From Podarcis bocagei (lineage: Eukaryota), in the NCBI GenBank assembly GCA_964188305.1, contig OZ076888.1: a stretch of 64,000 bases of DNA, one strand, 5' to 3'. The notes under the pieces are model-generated. The model was not told the origin of the DNA. It did no database searches and saw only the letters and a program-made list of their open reading frames with translations. The position numbers were made by a program, and so were the translations under genes. Numbering within the stretch: the first letter of the stretch is position 1; the number at the start of each line of letters is the position of its first letter. This document shows, piece after piece, positions 1 to 12,696 of the stretch.

Positions 1-59
1 AACAGGTAACTATTAGCATTTCAACCTTTCAGTTTCTATCTCTTCCATTTCCCATAGTT

Positions 60-540
60 CACTGTACTTTCTACCTTCATGTGGTCCAAAACTGCATCAG
101 TTGCATTTCAGTTTCCCCCATTGCATCTAGATTTCCATTGCCACCTGCTGGATCCTACTGCCCTTCACCATAAGGCAAAAGGAATATTCACCACCTCTAC
201 ATCTATCCTAGTAACAGGAAAGGGGATGCTGTTGGTCCAGACACTGTGGGATTGAGGAAATCTACGCAGCTGTATTGTCCCAACTATCCATTTAATTATT
301 TGTAACCCTTTGGGCAGTTTAAGCCATACAGCTATTTTATTCTCTGGCGACAATTTGACACTGAGTAAAATTTAATTTATTTTGAACCAAACTTTGGACC
401 TTTTGCAAAATGTCCCCAGTAATTAAAGAACAATACAAATCTCCATCTGGACCCAAAATTTCAAATATCACATATTTATGCTGACACATGTTTACATATG
501 TAATCAGGGGTACATGCAGACTTGGTAACAAGTGAGGGTC
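60..540 (-). mobile_element. Possible highly degenerate class III (ERV-L-like) protease/pol fragment
   Basis: Minus-strand translation FEILGPDGDLYCSLITGD loosely resembles the ERV-L protease region (FRGLLDTGSELTLIPGD). Many stops and frameshifts. Confidence 0.25.
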
Positions 541-799
541 ATGAATCCATCCCTGGTGATTGTATCACTGATATGGCATGTTGTAGGACATGCAATTTTT
601 CTCAGAACCTGACATTAGTTAGAGAGTGGGAACAAGAGAAAGGCATCACTTTCTGCCATAGTCATCATAACAGAAGGAGCTTGGTCAGCTAAAGTGCTCT
701 ATCTCAAGGGTCATAATGATGGCAACCTTTATGTTCATGTTCCAAGCCAGGAAATTACAAACTACAACAACATCACTAGCTGGAATATAAGCTTTTCTC

Positions 800-1602
800 A
801 CAAGTCTGCTCGCCCTCCCCAGTGTGGCAGCGTTGTGGGCCAGCACTGGCTTCCCATATGCCTGAAGAAGAGGCTTAGGATGCTAGGATCCTGCCTGAAG
901 GGGGCAGAATGCCCCCCGCACCTATCAGGAGCTGGGTTCAAGCCTGTTTGTGTGATTGACCGATGGCAGGCAAGCTTAAATGCAGGTCTGGCCTTGGGGG
1001 CAGACCTGATGGAGCAGGTAGGCTTGCTTCAGGTTCGCTTCCAGGGAATTTAAGCACCCTGCACCTGGACCCAGCACCTGGGTGTCAGATCACTGGATCA
1101 TTCTTGCTGCTCGTCGGGTTTTGGATCTTCAGGGTCAGCATCAGCACGTCAGGTCAGGGTCTCCTGCTATTGCTGTGGGACATGGAGTGAACCTGCTCTG
1201 AAGCCCCAGCTGCGGTTCACTCTCTCTTCAGAGCTGAAATCATTGGTGCCAATGGTAGTGTCCCACAGCCTTGTCCTCAGCCTTGTTAGCAGCCCATCCC
1301 TTGTTCCAGCTAGCGGACACACTCAAGGGTTTGGAGGCTGTTCCCATGACATTGCAGGAAGCAGAGCTTGAGTACTAAGGGTGGTGCCATTTTGTAGCTC
1401 AGCTTTAAGCAAGTGCCATTTTGGAGCATTGGAAGGACAGTTTCCCAGATGGGGGCTGGGGCCTATAGCACTCTCCAAGGCAGCAATCACTGTGAGGGTG
1501 CCCCTATTTGATGTAAGTCTTAGGAACCCCTGCCGTTGGATTGGTCCCTGGCATCACTTCTGGCCGGCAGGCCGGAAGTTAATGGTTATTATGCCAAACC
1601 TC
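800..1602 (-). mobile_element. Possible degenerate DIRS/Ngaro-like (tyrosine-recombinase retroelement) 5' fragment
   Basis: GC-rich island. The minus strand starts GAGGTTTGGCATAATAACCATTAA and later gives a zinc-finger-like remnant (DRCGGHSAPF). No intact ORF. Confidence 0.25.
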
Positions 1603-3326
1603 TTTCATATGTACTCAATAAAGTTGTGTCCTAATTCAATCCAAAGTCAAGTGTGTAGTATCCTTATTCTATGCAATCAGTCTGGGTGGCCTGGACAAAG
1701 TCTCGGCATGGAAGTATCCTTAAAAGTTAAATTTCCAAATCACAAATCTAAGAATATTCAACATTTTTAAAAAAATCAATTCCCCCCCCCCTCTTCTTAT
1801 TTCAGTCCCACTTCTGGACATCTATGGCCATGAATCTTATTATGCATATTGACTCAGCAGGTTTTAGGACACCAGAATAACTCTGCATTAGAAAGGACAA
1901 CAATATATATGGCATCAGTTACCCATTGCCTTCAGTTATCTAACAGCATTGCATTTTTCTATTGCTTTATTTGGTCTGTATATATCAAAGCAAGTATAAA
2001 ATATTCACATTCAAGTGGACATGCATACGTACATGCAAAATGCTATACTCAAGCCCATGCGTTCACAAACACCTCTCATACAGGCATCTCTAACTGAACT
2101 CAGCTTCTGTCTGAATCTCCAAATGTCATAAATTAATGCTCTTCCAGTCAGAGAGACTTTCTCAATGGAGACAACAATGTCAATGAAATAAAATTAATAG
2201 CGCAAAATGCTAATAAAATGGATAAACCTTCTTTCTCCTCATAAAACCATATTAGCCCGACTCATATTTACTCTTCTTCTGTGCAGAAATTAGTGTGTTT
2301 CTTGAAGTTGATGGGAAACACTAACAGTAATGAAGCAGAAAAATGATGAATGTTAAAAAATTAAGGTGATCCATAAATGGTGATAAACTTGCCCCCATTT
2401 TGGTGGCCATGTACTTTTGATGAGCTGGCAAACTTTTAAGGCTCTTTAATTTAAGACAGAGTGGTTTTATTTCTTTCAAGCTACAGTGGAAATAATTTCC
2501 TTATCTATCATTTAGAATGGTTTAATACTTTCATTAATCCACACATCATAAAGCAGAAAGTGATTTTTATACCTATTCCAATCATTCATTGTGGCCGACT
2601 GCAAATGGGAAACGGCTGTTTTTCTGCTGATTCTGAATTTAAACTTAAGGACAGTATCTCTACAAGTCAGAGTAATTATGGAGGCAAAGATTTAAAGACA
2701 GATAGAACCACTGTCATCTCTCCCTTGCTGTTATTGGGCTTATTATTGGTTTGTAGGGAAAATAAATGAACAAATCACAGGAACATAACCCCAGAGAAGA
2801 GAACGGAGACCTGACATATGGATGGAAAGGAAGCGGCGCCTTGGAGGCAGTGCTATGGTAATGACTGATGTTCAATTTTACCAGCTAGGAATTCATAGTC
2901 TGCTCTTTTTAAAAATAAATAAATAAATAAATGCTCCCAACACACACATCACAAGTGGCCTATATTCCTGCCGACTCAGTATAAAATCCACCAAGTAATT
3001 TTATCGGCTAATTAGCAACACTGGGATTTAAGAAAGACAAAGACGACAGAGAAGATCGGTTGTTCAGCATTTTTGTTAATACAATCACTATTTAGTATAA
3101 AATATTGTAGCATTATACTAAAATGTATCATAATATTATTATAATAGTTTTAAATGGTTGCTTTTGGTAACTGATATTGTTTTTACATGTTCACATTCTG
3201 TATATTGATGCTTTATGTAAGCTTCTGTGTAATGCACCCTTGCTCGAACTGGTACACTCCAGATGTTTTGGACTATAATTCCTATCAGCCTCAGCCAGCA
3301 CAGTTGTGATGGGAATCGTGGTCCAA

Positions 3327-3622
3327 GGCCTCGTCTACACAGCTGCAAATAAAACAATTTAAATGTGTTGCAAAGCGCAATATACAAATGTGACACTAGA
3401 TGGTGGGTCTGGTGACTTCTGTTTCAGTGTATCTGAAGAAGTGTGCATGCACACGGAAGCTCATACCAATGACAAACTTAGTTGGTCTCTAAGGTGCTAC
3501 TGGAAGGAATTTTTAAATTTTGTTTAGATGGTGACAGTGAGCTATGCAAAATTCAATGTATTTTTCAAAACTTTTTTTTAAAGTGTTTTCACAGCGTTTT
3601 TTATATGTGTGTAGATTCCACC
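3327..3622. mobile_element. PIF/Harbinger-like MITE containing a Penelope-derived insert
   Basis: Ends GGCCTCGTCTACAC / GTGTAGATTCCACC with 3-bp CAA repeats at 3324-3326 and 3623-3625. A paralog lies at 4755-4930. Confidence 0.6.
3406..3524 (+). mobile_element. Penelope-like pLTR fragment with minimal hammerhead ribozyme motif
   Basis: GTAT-CTGAAGA-A-GTGTGC-AT-GCACAC-GGAA-GC-TC-ATAC at 3429-3466. 9-bp TSD TAGATGGTG at 3397-3405 and 3525-3533. Confidence 0.7.
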
Positions 3623-4754
3623 CAAAACACCAAGAAGGCATTGGGTTAAGCAAGGCTGGCTTAACGAATTTTCTCTAAAAGGCAGCTTTAAATATAGAAA
3701 TAAAAACATTCTTTGTTCTGCTGCAGTTCATTTGGAATCAGAACAGTCAAAAATAAATGGCTGCTTGTGATGGCTTGGTTCAAACAAGTGCTGATAACCC
3801 AGTGGATAATTTTCAGATCTGGGTTTCTCCCCTTGCAACCTCACTGGATAGGAAGATGTCCCGAGAGCCAGTTGGAAGATGGAGTAAATTCCTTGCCAAA
3901 AATTTATCCGGTCAATCTCCTCCAACAAATACCCATCAACCTCTTTTGCAACAGAGCAATGAAAGGATGTACATTTGGCTTTCAGTCATTAAAAGTGGCT
4001 TCCCCACCCAACATGTTCAGGAATAAGAAGAGAACTGAATCAAAATAAAGCATTATTTTTCCTGGAATGCACTGGAGGGCTTAACTGCTGTTAGAAATCG
4101 CTCATGAAAAATTCGCTTTTTTGTTTCACATGCTAATATTTAGAAAAACCTCTTTTAAAATCATAAACAGGAAATAAATTATTTAAGCTCATGCTAAACT
4201 GCTGCAAGCAATCCAAATAGAAACAATATCCATTTTAGGCAGCATGTCAACCAATTTAGCAAATTCATTCTGTATTGTTCGGTTGCTTAATACTTCATCT
4301 CAGGCTAAAAGCATCTCCCATAGTTATTCTCGCCTCTTACAACCTGTGGCTTTGCTTCAGTAAGCAAAGTAAATTTCTCAAAATAAAGCTGGGTCCTCCT
4401 TTGTGGATGAGATTCCCTAAATGCTGAGCATCCGCTTGATGAATTTATGTGTCTGTAACCTTCCCCAAGCTTTGTCTAGTGCCCTCCAGTCACATTCTTC
4501 AAATTATTGTAATGTATTTTTGTAGGGTGACATATGTACATAGAGCTCCTTCAAGTGAAGGAGGAATTCTGAACCACTCATGATCTCCTGTTTCATACAG
4601 AACCTCTATGTGCATATATTAGTTTATGTTTAGGTCTTGTACTCGTGTTTGCTGAACTAAGCCTAATGACTTCTTTGTGTTATTTTAATGTGTGGGTGAG
4701 TCTGCCTGAACCCCGTCTTGCATTTTGTCCCTTAACAGAAAGCACTTACCGGTA

Positions 4755-4930
4755 GGTAGAATCTAGACACATATAAAAAAAGATTATGAAAATTCTTTTT
4801 TAAAAAAGTGTTTTGAAAAATATATTGAATTTGTCATAGCTCACCATCGCCATATAGTGTCACATTTGTATAATGCACTTTGCAACACACTTAAAACATT
4901 TTATTTGCATGCAGCTATATGGCTGAGTCC
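4755..4930. mobile_element. PIF/Harbinger-like MITE (uninterrupted, inverted paralog of 3327-3622)
   Basis: Its reverse complement aligns with 3327-3622 once the Penelope insert is removed. Confidence 0.6.
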
Positions 4931-5668
4931 TTAGATATGAACTCAGGTCTTGCGTATGACACTGCATTGAGTTATGTGATTTTCAGAAAATATCTTACAC
5001 CGATGTAGTTCATACCTACATGGTCTTTCTTGGGGAATGCTGTGCACTTTATAAATAAGAGCTGTATATCATAGTTGAATTTAATCACTATATTAAAATT
5101 GAATGATTCAATTGTGTGGTTGTGAGTTCCGTTTATGTTTCCTACGCTCTCCCCACAGTTGTCTGGTTTGTTTTATATGTACTGAGAAATGTTAGAAACC
5201 AGCTTGTTAATAAATCTGACTGTAGACAATGTCTTTCTCTTCATTCTACAAAATAGTTTAACTATTAAATTTGCTTTCGGAGAAGCAAACATACACATTA
5301 GACTGAGAGAGAAAAATAAAGGCACATAACTCTGTGTCTGCCATTGCCTCCTTGGTTCTTGGCAATGGCTTGTTTAGAAGACAGACCTAATCAGTCTTTT
5401 GTGTGTGGTATCTTATATACCACCAATCCTATTGCTACATTGAAGATAGGCACCTCATGACGAAGGGGTCAGACACCTGGACTCTGATTCCCCTTCTCCA
5501 GGGGATGAGAACTCTGGACCATAAAGAGAAGGACATAACTGTGACAGCCATAGAAGCTCTTCCACTGGATGAGGATGTAGCTGTGTCACACAGAAACATT
5601 GAGGACTTTATCACAGAAGGCAAGTGAGGCAATAGGGTCTCCTTCTCCACTGCAGTAGGAGACTACTA

Positions 5669-6020
5669 AAGTAACGGTAAAAGGATCCCTGACCATTAGG
5701 TCCAGTCGTGACCGACTCTGGGGTTGCGGCGTTCATCTCGCTTTATTGGCCAAGGGAGCCGGCGTACAGCTTCTGGGTCATGTGGCCAGCATGACTAAGC
5801 CACTTCTGGTGAACCAGACCAGCACGCAGACACACCGTTTACCTTCCCGCCGGAGCAGTACCTATTTATCTACTTGCACTTTGACGTGCTTTTGAACTGC
5901 TAGGTTGGCAGGAGCAGGGACCGAGCAACGGGAGCTCACCCCGTCACAGGGATTCAAACCGCCAAATGATTGGCAAGTCCTAGGTTCTGTGGTTTAACCC
6001 ACAGCGCCACCTGCATCCCC
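5669..6020 (-). mobile_element. Full-length Sauria SINE (lacertid type)
   Basis: tRNA-like head at ~5940-6020, characteristic body (gtttaccttcccgccggagcagtacctatttatctacttgcac) and ACCTTT-type tail. 12-bp TSD AGGAGACTACTA at 5657-5668 and 6021-6032. Confidence 0.9.
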
Positions 6021-8119
6021 AGGAGACTACTAGAGCATGCTGAATTCCTTTAAAGAAACATCTTTCAGCACAGGCAGAGGTAACAATTGGGATGCAGCTG
6101 TTGCTACTATAGAAAGCTCAGTCTCAGTTGTTGTTGTTTTTGTTGCAGCTCTGTGGTTCTTGAGCATAGTCCGAGCCTTGCGCTGCTTTGCCTCAGGGCA
6201 GAACAGTGGGAGATGTTGCTAGTGGGATAAGGGCAATGCTCTGTAATTCTGCTCCATTTGCAATACTTTATCTCCTCACAGGCCCATTGTTGACTTGCTG
6301 CACAGCAAATAATATTAAGAGAGATACGAAGCAAAAGGTGACATTTTAAGAATGCCTAGAGCAAGCCTGCACTTTCCATGGGACCTTCATTTAACATGGC
6401 TCCGAAACACAAACAAGGTTTCTGGCCTCATCCAAACATAGACGATGAATGCATTCCATTTTAGAGCAATAGTGAAAGATCTGTAGGATGACATAAACCC
6501 CCAAACATCCAAATCTGGGAAGTGTGGGAACATGTGGTAGGCCCAAGTTTCCTGATCCTTGAATCCAACTAGTAGTCCAATCCTATGAAGATTTACTTAG
6601 AAAAAGAAATCTATTATGTTGAATGGTGATTACTTCAGGTGGCAAATGCAAATAGAATTGTAGAGTATGTGAACCCACCAGTAGCCACTATTATCTTTTC
6701 CAGTTACATTCCAAATTGGCCAACCCCCAAACCTGTAACTTAGCTATCTTCTTCAGAAACAATAATTAAGTGTTCCCAATGGCAATGAATTCTAATTGTT
6801 CCAAAATGAAGGCTAGAAGAGGTTGATGCCTCTGAAAACAATATGATCAGGAAGAGGAAATAATGGCCCACCCTTCCCATTTATCTGCCTGACACAACTG
6901 TCCTATATCATCTGTGGAATTATTATGACTCCCTTATTCCTAAATCTCCATCCAAGATGAAATCTCTTGTCGGGGAGCAGATTATCCTGACTACGCTCTT
7001 CTTTCCATGCTTGATTCATCATTGAAGCTGGGTTTAACCTCTGCACGTTGCTTAGGAGGCTGAGATGAATTTTCCTAAGCTTCCCATTTTAAAGCACTAA
7101 GAAGTAAAGCCTATTTAGAATGTAAAGCACAATCAATAATACATCTCATTTAGCTCAATGACCTGAGAGCATGTAACTATATAATGTGCATGTTGACGTG
7201 GTTCATGGCGCCAAGCAGTGTGCTTCCCGCTTGATAAAGCTGCTGATAATGTGGCCTTGAGATTAGAGGCCGGTCTGAGATGAAATGAGATTGATTTAAA
7301 GATACTTTTCATTGAACGGGGCAGTTTATGTGATATTTGCTAATGAACAAGGCCCTTGAGCGCCTGTTTAAATGGTGATTGCTTGTGGGACAGTCGATTC
7401 AAGTTTTACAAGAGATGCAGGATCACTCTGCAGTATGCTGTGCTTCCAGTTTCCTACTCCTGACCAAAGCAGGTGATATTCTTGGGTCAGTCATCACAGA
7501 TCTACTGGGAACCCTAGAATAAATAGGGACACTGCTCCCCATAGGTGTTCAGACTGACATGTCCAGGATTCAAATGTGTGTTTGTGAGTTTTCCAGGAAG
7601 TGTTGGTGTGTGTTTGTCCAGGAAAGGTGTGTTTGAGTATCAACAATTTTAAGGCTGATTTCCTCTTGAAATATGGCAACCTTAGGAATGGAGAATAATT
7701 TAATAAATCCCAAGGCATTGGAAACTGTGTCCAATCCTTCCTCCAAGTTTCCATCCTTTATCCCTCTTCCCAGTAACAAATGAGGAGAGCGAAAGGGGAA
7801 AATAGACAAGTCTCAAGCTAAGACGAGGGTTCTTCTATGTTATTCCTGCATTATTGATGTCAACTCTGGGAAATGTAGCTTTTAAATCTCCCCTTAATTT
7901 CCTTTTGTCTGTCCTGAATCTCTAGTCAGCAAGTTTCATTGGCTTGCCATGGGGTTCTAGTCATATGAGGGTGAAAAATGTATTTCTTTAACAGCTTGAT
8001 TCACACCATGCATAAACCTCAATCATGTCTCCGCCCTGCCGCCCCCGGCAACCTTCCTGCCCCCTAAACCGATTCTTTTAAACGCTTGAGGAAATGTCAG
8101 CTTGAACATTATAAAGTTA

Positions 8120-9096
8120 CCGTATTTTTCGCTCTATAACACGCATCTGACCATAACACGCATGTAGTTTTTAGAGGAGGAAAACGAGGAAAAAATATTC
8201 TAAATGAAACAGTGGATGTATGATTTTTATGGTTCATGCTGTGGCCACAGACATGTGATCTGACAGTGAGTTTGGGGTAGCCCAATGCAAAAATCCTGAG
8301 GATCCATGTGGATCCGTGCTTTGTAACCACGTTTTAAGTGGGGAGGGAAGGAAAAGAACTCAAGGGACAAGGAGCTTTTCCGCGGGGAGGAGGGAGGGAA
8401 AGAGCACTGTTGCTTTAAAGGTATACTTAAGGTATTTGCCCTGTGCCTCGGTTTTTTTTTCCATTTAACAGTTTGCAGCCTTTTCCTTCCGCTCCTTGTT
8501 TTGAGGCGGAATAGATTTGAGCAAGTGAGGAGGACTTGGAATCCAGGGGATTCGCCATAGAATGGAGCACAAAAAAGCGGTAGGGGCACTAGGACCCAGA
8601 CATTGCTCAAATCTATCCTGCCTGAAAACAAGCTGCTCCATCCCAGCCGATCAGCTGAGACGCGGGGGATTTGCGAAGTTTTCCCCTCTCCCTCATGCCC
8701 TCCCAGGCCCTTTTTTTTACTTCCTGGTTTTCACTGCGTGGCTCAGAGCTCGAGGTTGGTTTTATTTTGCTGCTGGTTGCTTAAATTTTATCTTTCCTGC
8801 CGTCTCTCTGCAGCCTCATTGCTCTGTTTAGAGAGCGCGCAGACCTTTCCCTCCTCCCGTGTAAGCGGCTGCTGCCGGCTTTGCTGCTATGGCTCTCCTT
8901 CCCTCCCTCCTTCCTGGCTCCAGGTCGCTTTAAAGAAAGCAAAGTGAGAGCCTCGTAGAGCGTGTAAGTGGCTCCCGCTTTGCCTGACTGACGGCAGCCA
9001 TGGCTCTGATCCGTGCATTCGCTCCTTAACACGCACAGGCATTTTCCCTTACTTTCTCGGAGCAAAAAAGTGCGTGTTTTGGAGCGAAATTTACGG
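8120..9096. mobile_element. Non-autonomous Tc1/mariner (CCGTA-ended, Tc2/pogo-like) element with GC-rich interior
   Basis: 26-bp TIRs CCGTATTTTTCGCTCTATAACACGCA versus reverse complement CCGTAAATTTCGCTCCAAAACACGCA (4 mismatches). TA at 8118-8119 and 9097-9098. Confidence 0.8.
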
Positions 9097-10743
9097 TACA
9101 TGCTCTCAGGTCTTTTCAAATCAAGAAGGCTGGGGTTTGCTTATCTCTAGTGCTTACTCTTCAGAACCTCGTATTTCCAGACAGCTCCTCAAACTTTTCA
9201 TATCTTTCAAAAACTTTTCTCCCAAAACCATACACCTGGATTATGGATTATAAAGCAATCCAGCGGGAGTTGACAATTTTGCACCAACAACTCTGCTCCT
9301 CTACTGAAATCTGAATCATGTCCCAGTTCAGTATCTGTTTCTGGGCTGGGAGGAAAGAACTGACTTTTTTACATTGTACATAAGGAAAGTAACTTCAGCT
9401 GTTGTTGTTGCTGTTTTAAAAAAATGGGTGGTAGCCTTTGCTACCTGTTGCTTGATTAATTTGAATCCTGTCTGTGTTTTTGACCTCCTATAGTAATCCA
9501 GTAACCCCAGCTTTGCAAAACAGAGTTTTAAGATAGAACTTTACTCTTCAGTCTTTATTTACCTACCTATCATAATGTGACCCCTCTGAGACCATTGGTG
9601 AAATTCTAAGCTTCTTAACTCAGCTCCTACTCAGCTCAGTGGGTTGACTTCTTAATATCCCTATTAAGTTGCAGTCTATTGACATCATCTGTCTGAGACA
9701 GTGCACATCACTGGGAAATATGTTGGGAATAAAACTAGATTTTTCATCATGGAATAGAAGTTACAATGTTTGCAAAGTCCTTTATGGAAGTAGGAGGGGG
9801 AAAACTTTCTTAATCACTTTCAAAGATAAAGTTAGAAATAGGAACTTTGAACAAAATCGGTTGCTATGCATTTTCCTAATATAATGAGATTTATGCAGGA
9901 ATAATATGACTGAATTAATTGTTGGGATATCAATTAATACTTCAGTAATGCTGTAATTACAAAGTGATGATAATTAAATAGTCCACAGAAGCTTTGTGTG
10001 CAGAGAAATAATAAAAAAAGATATATAATTGAATTTAAGAATGTGAAAATGTCTTTGAAGTGAAAGTTAATCAAAAGTGGCAACAGGGATCTTTTGGTAA
10101 ATCTTCCCATCATTACCTTTCAATGGAGTAAAAGATCAAAGAGATAGAATTCTATCTGACTGTCACTTCAGCAAAATGAGCTCCTTGTGTCATTCGAAAT
10201 GGCTACCTCGAAACAGCTACATGGGTCCTTTAGGGAAGTGAAACAAAAATACCATTAATTAGTCATGAATGTTGGTGAGGGCGACGACATGTTGAAGAGT
10301 TTGATGGGCGTACGAATGCTTGAGGAGGAGAATGTCACAAAAAGCACCACAACTACATGCAGATAAATGAAGTGAGCAGATGGAGTGATTTATAATTATG
10401 AAGCCTTTGATCTCTTTTTTGGGTGTTTGAACATGATGCAATGCAAAGGAAGACAGAAGCGCTGGTGGTCTACTCACAGTTTTGTAATTCCCAAAGTGAA
10501 ACTTTCAAGCTCCTAATGAAAGAACTTCTCACAGTGGGAGTCAGAAATATGTGAAAGTTTTGTGTTGGTCATTATGAAATGTACAGCAACCAGTAAGTAT
10601 GAGTTATTTGCTCTTTTCATCCTCCCCATTCATATTACATGATGCCCAAACCTACCTCTTTCTTGGTTCACATCACTCAAGTACAGGATTTTAAGAAACT
10701 GGATAAGTATTTTTCTACACATCCAAGACATTAAATAAATAAA

Positions 10744-10799
<56 letters not shown>

Positions 10800-10907
10800 T
10801 TATTTGTACCCCACCCATCTGACTGGGTAGCCCCAGTCACTCTGGGCAGCTTCCAGCACATATAAAAACATAGCAAAACATTAAACCTTAAAAAGCTTCC
10901 CTATACA

Positions 10908-12374
10908 CCAAATGAGGGGAAATCTGATTTCTTTAAAAAGCTGCATGAGACCTTGATGGACTATCTGGATTATAATGTGATTTTGATAGGAGACATGAAT
11001 GGAGTGGTATCTACACATATGGACAAGGCACAAAGACAGGTAGTCACTAAGGATGGTAGACTACCGAAAACTTTATTTGAGATGACAGACAACTTGGACT
11101 TAGTTGATATTTGGAGAACAAAGAACCCCATGGCTAAAGAAGGAACCTTCTTCTCTGAAGCCAATATGACATGGACAAGAATTGACCAAATATGGGTAAC
11201 TAGAGGAATGGCACCAAAGACAAGAAAAGTGGAAATCTGCCCAAAAACATGCTCCGACCATAATGCTGTTAAGATGGAAATGAAACTAATATCAACTGGC
11301 TCCTTTAGATGGAGGATGAATGACACCTTATTTAGAGATGAAGAAGTGCTTAAGAAGGCCCAAAAAACTTTGAAAGACTATTTTGAGATAAATATGAACA
11401 CCAATGTGGAAAAAAGAGTAATCTGGGACACAAGTAAAGCGGTTATGAGAGGGTTTCTGATACAACAGAATACATTAAAGAAGAGAATCCAAAATGAGAA
11501 GAAGGATAAAATTTTGGAAAAAATAAAGGAAAGTGAAAAAATATTGGAACAAGATGGAGATAGATTGAAATTGCAGAGTTTTGAAAAACTAAAAAACAAA
11601 GTGCGTGATTGGTTTCATTATTATCAGATAATGGAGGCATATAAATTGGACAAGAAAATTGGCTTCCAGGTGGAAAAATCAAAATTAGAAACAGAACTGT
11701 TAGAACCTAAAACTAAGACCTTGTCAAAGATGTATAACTTGCTGTTGAAATGGAATACTCAGGATGAAACGGTCAAATCTGCTATGATTAAATGGGCACA
11801 AGATGTTGGACATAACATTATGTTTGCTGACTGGGAACAGTTGTGGACCACAGGTATGAAATTTACGGCATGTAATGCCCTGAGAGAGAATATTATGAAA
11901 ATGATATACAGGTGGTACATAACCCCAGCCAAGCTTGCAAAAATCTACCATTTGCCCGATAACAAATGTTGGAAATGTAAAGAAACTGAAGGTACATTCT
12001 TTCACCTTTGGTGGACATGCCCAAGGATTAAGGCTTTCTGGGAGATGATTTATAATGAAATGAAAAGGGTATTTAAATATACCTTTCTGAAGAAACCAGA
12101 GGCCTTTCTCCTGGGCATAGTCGGCCAATCGGTGTTAAAGAAGGACAGAACTTTCTTTATGTATGCTACAACAGCAGCAAGAATACTTACTGCAAAGTAT
12201 TGGAAGACACAAGACTTACCCACTCTGGAAGAATGGCAGATGAAAGTGATGGACTACATGGAATTGGCGGAAATGACTGGCAGAATCCGAGACCAGGGAG
12301 AAGAGGCGGTGGAAGAAGATTGGAGGAAATTTAAAGACTATTTACAGAAATATTGCAAAATTAAGGAATGTTAG
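10908..12374 (+). pseudogene. L1 ORF2 remnant: partial APE endonuclease fused in frame to the C-terminal CCHC domain, no RT
   Basis: EN motifs GDMN, RIDQIW and SDHNAV, linker IWDTSKAVMRG, then CWKCKETEGTFFHLWWTC. No YADD/FADD motif. The frame is open throughout. Confidence 0.85.
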
Positions 12375-12696
12375 AATGATGTTGGATTGTAGTTAAGTGG
12401 TTTCTAGCTGTAATGGTTTAAAAGAATATGGAAAAATTGGATTTTTAATAGGTAAAAATTTAATGTTATAATATATTAAGATTAAAGATCAGGATAATAA
12501 GGAGGGAAAGGAATTGCTGAACTAATAAATTGAACTGGAATACAAAAAAGGGAGGTATGAGGAGGTCCGGGAAACAAGTAAATGAAAGATAAGTGATGTA
12601 AAGAGGGAATTATTTTTAACTGTTTTTTATTTCCTACTTTTTCTTTTTCATTATGTAATATTGTGAAAACTTTAATAAATATTTTTATATATAGAA
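10908..12696 (+). mobile_element. L1 LINE, 5'-truncated with internal deletion of the RT domain
   Basis: 18-bp TSD AAAAAGCTTCCCTATACA at 10890-10907 and 12697-12714, at a TT/AAAA target. AATAAA at 12674-12679 and a short A tail. Confidence 0.9.

Larger units (their letters stand above)
3235..3658. mobile_element. Old squamate hAT-like MITE, split by a Harbinger-like MITE
   Basis: ctccagatgttttggactataattcctatcagcc...gtggtccaa rejoins with aacaccaagaaggcattgggttaagcaaggctg once 3327-3625 is removed. Confidence 0.55.

Noticed and set aside
5403-5627. 74-aa ORF or DIRS gag-like fragment
   Set aside because: No recognisable motif or splice signals.
8380-9120. Host gene promoter or first exon, and ORFs 8562-9119
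   Set aside because: The segment lies inside a TIR-bounded transposon and the ORFs have no recognisable domain.
9321-9351. 11-bp hairpin TCCCAGTTCAG/CTGGGCTGGGA
   Set aside because: Too short for a pre-miRNA, relies on two G-U pairs, and is expected by chance.
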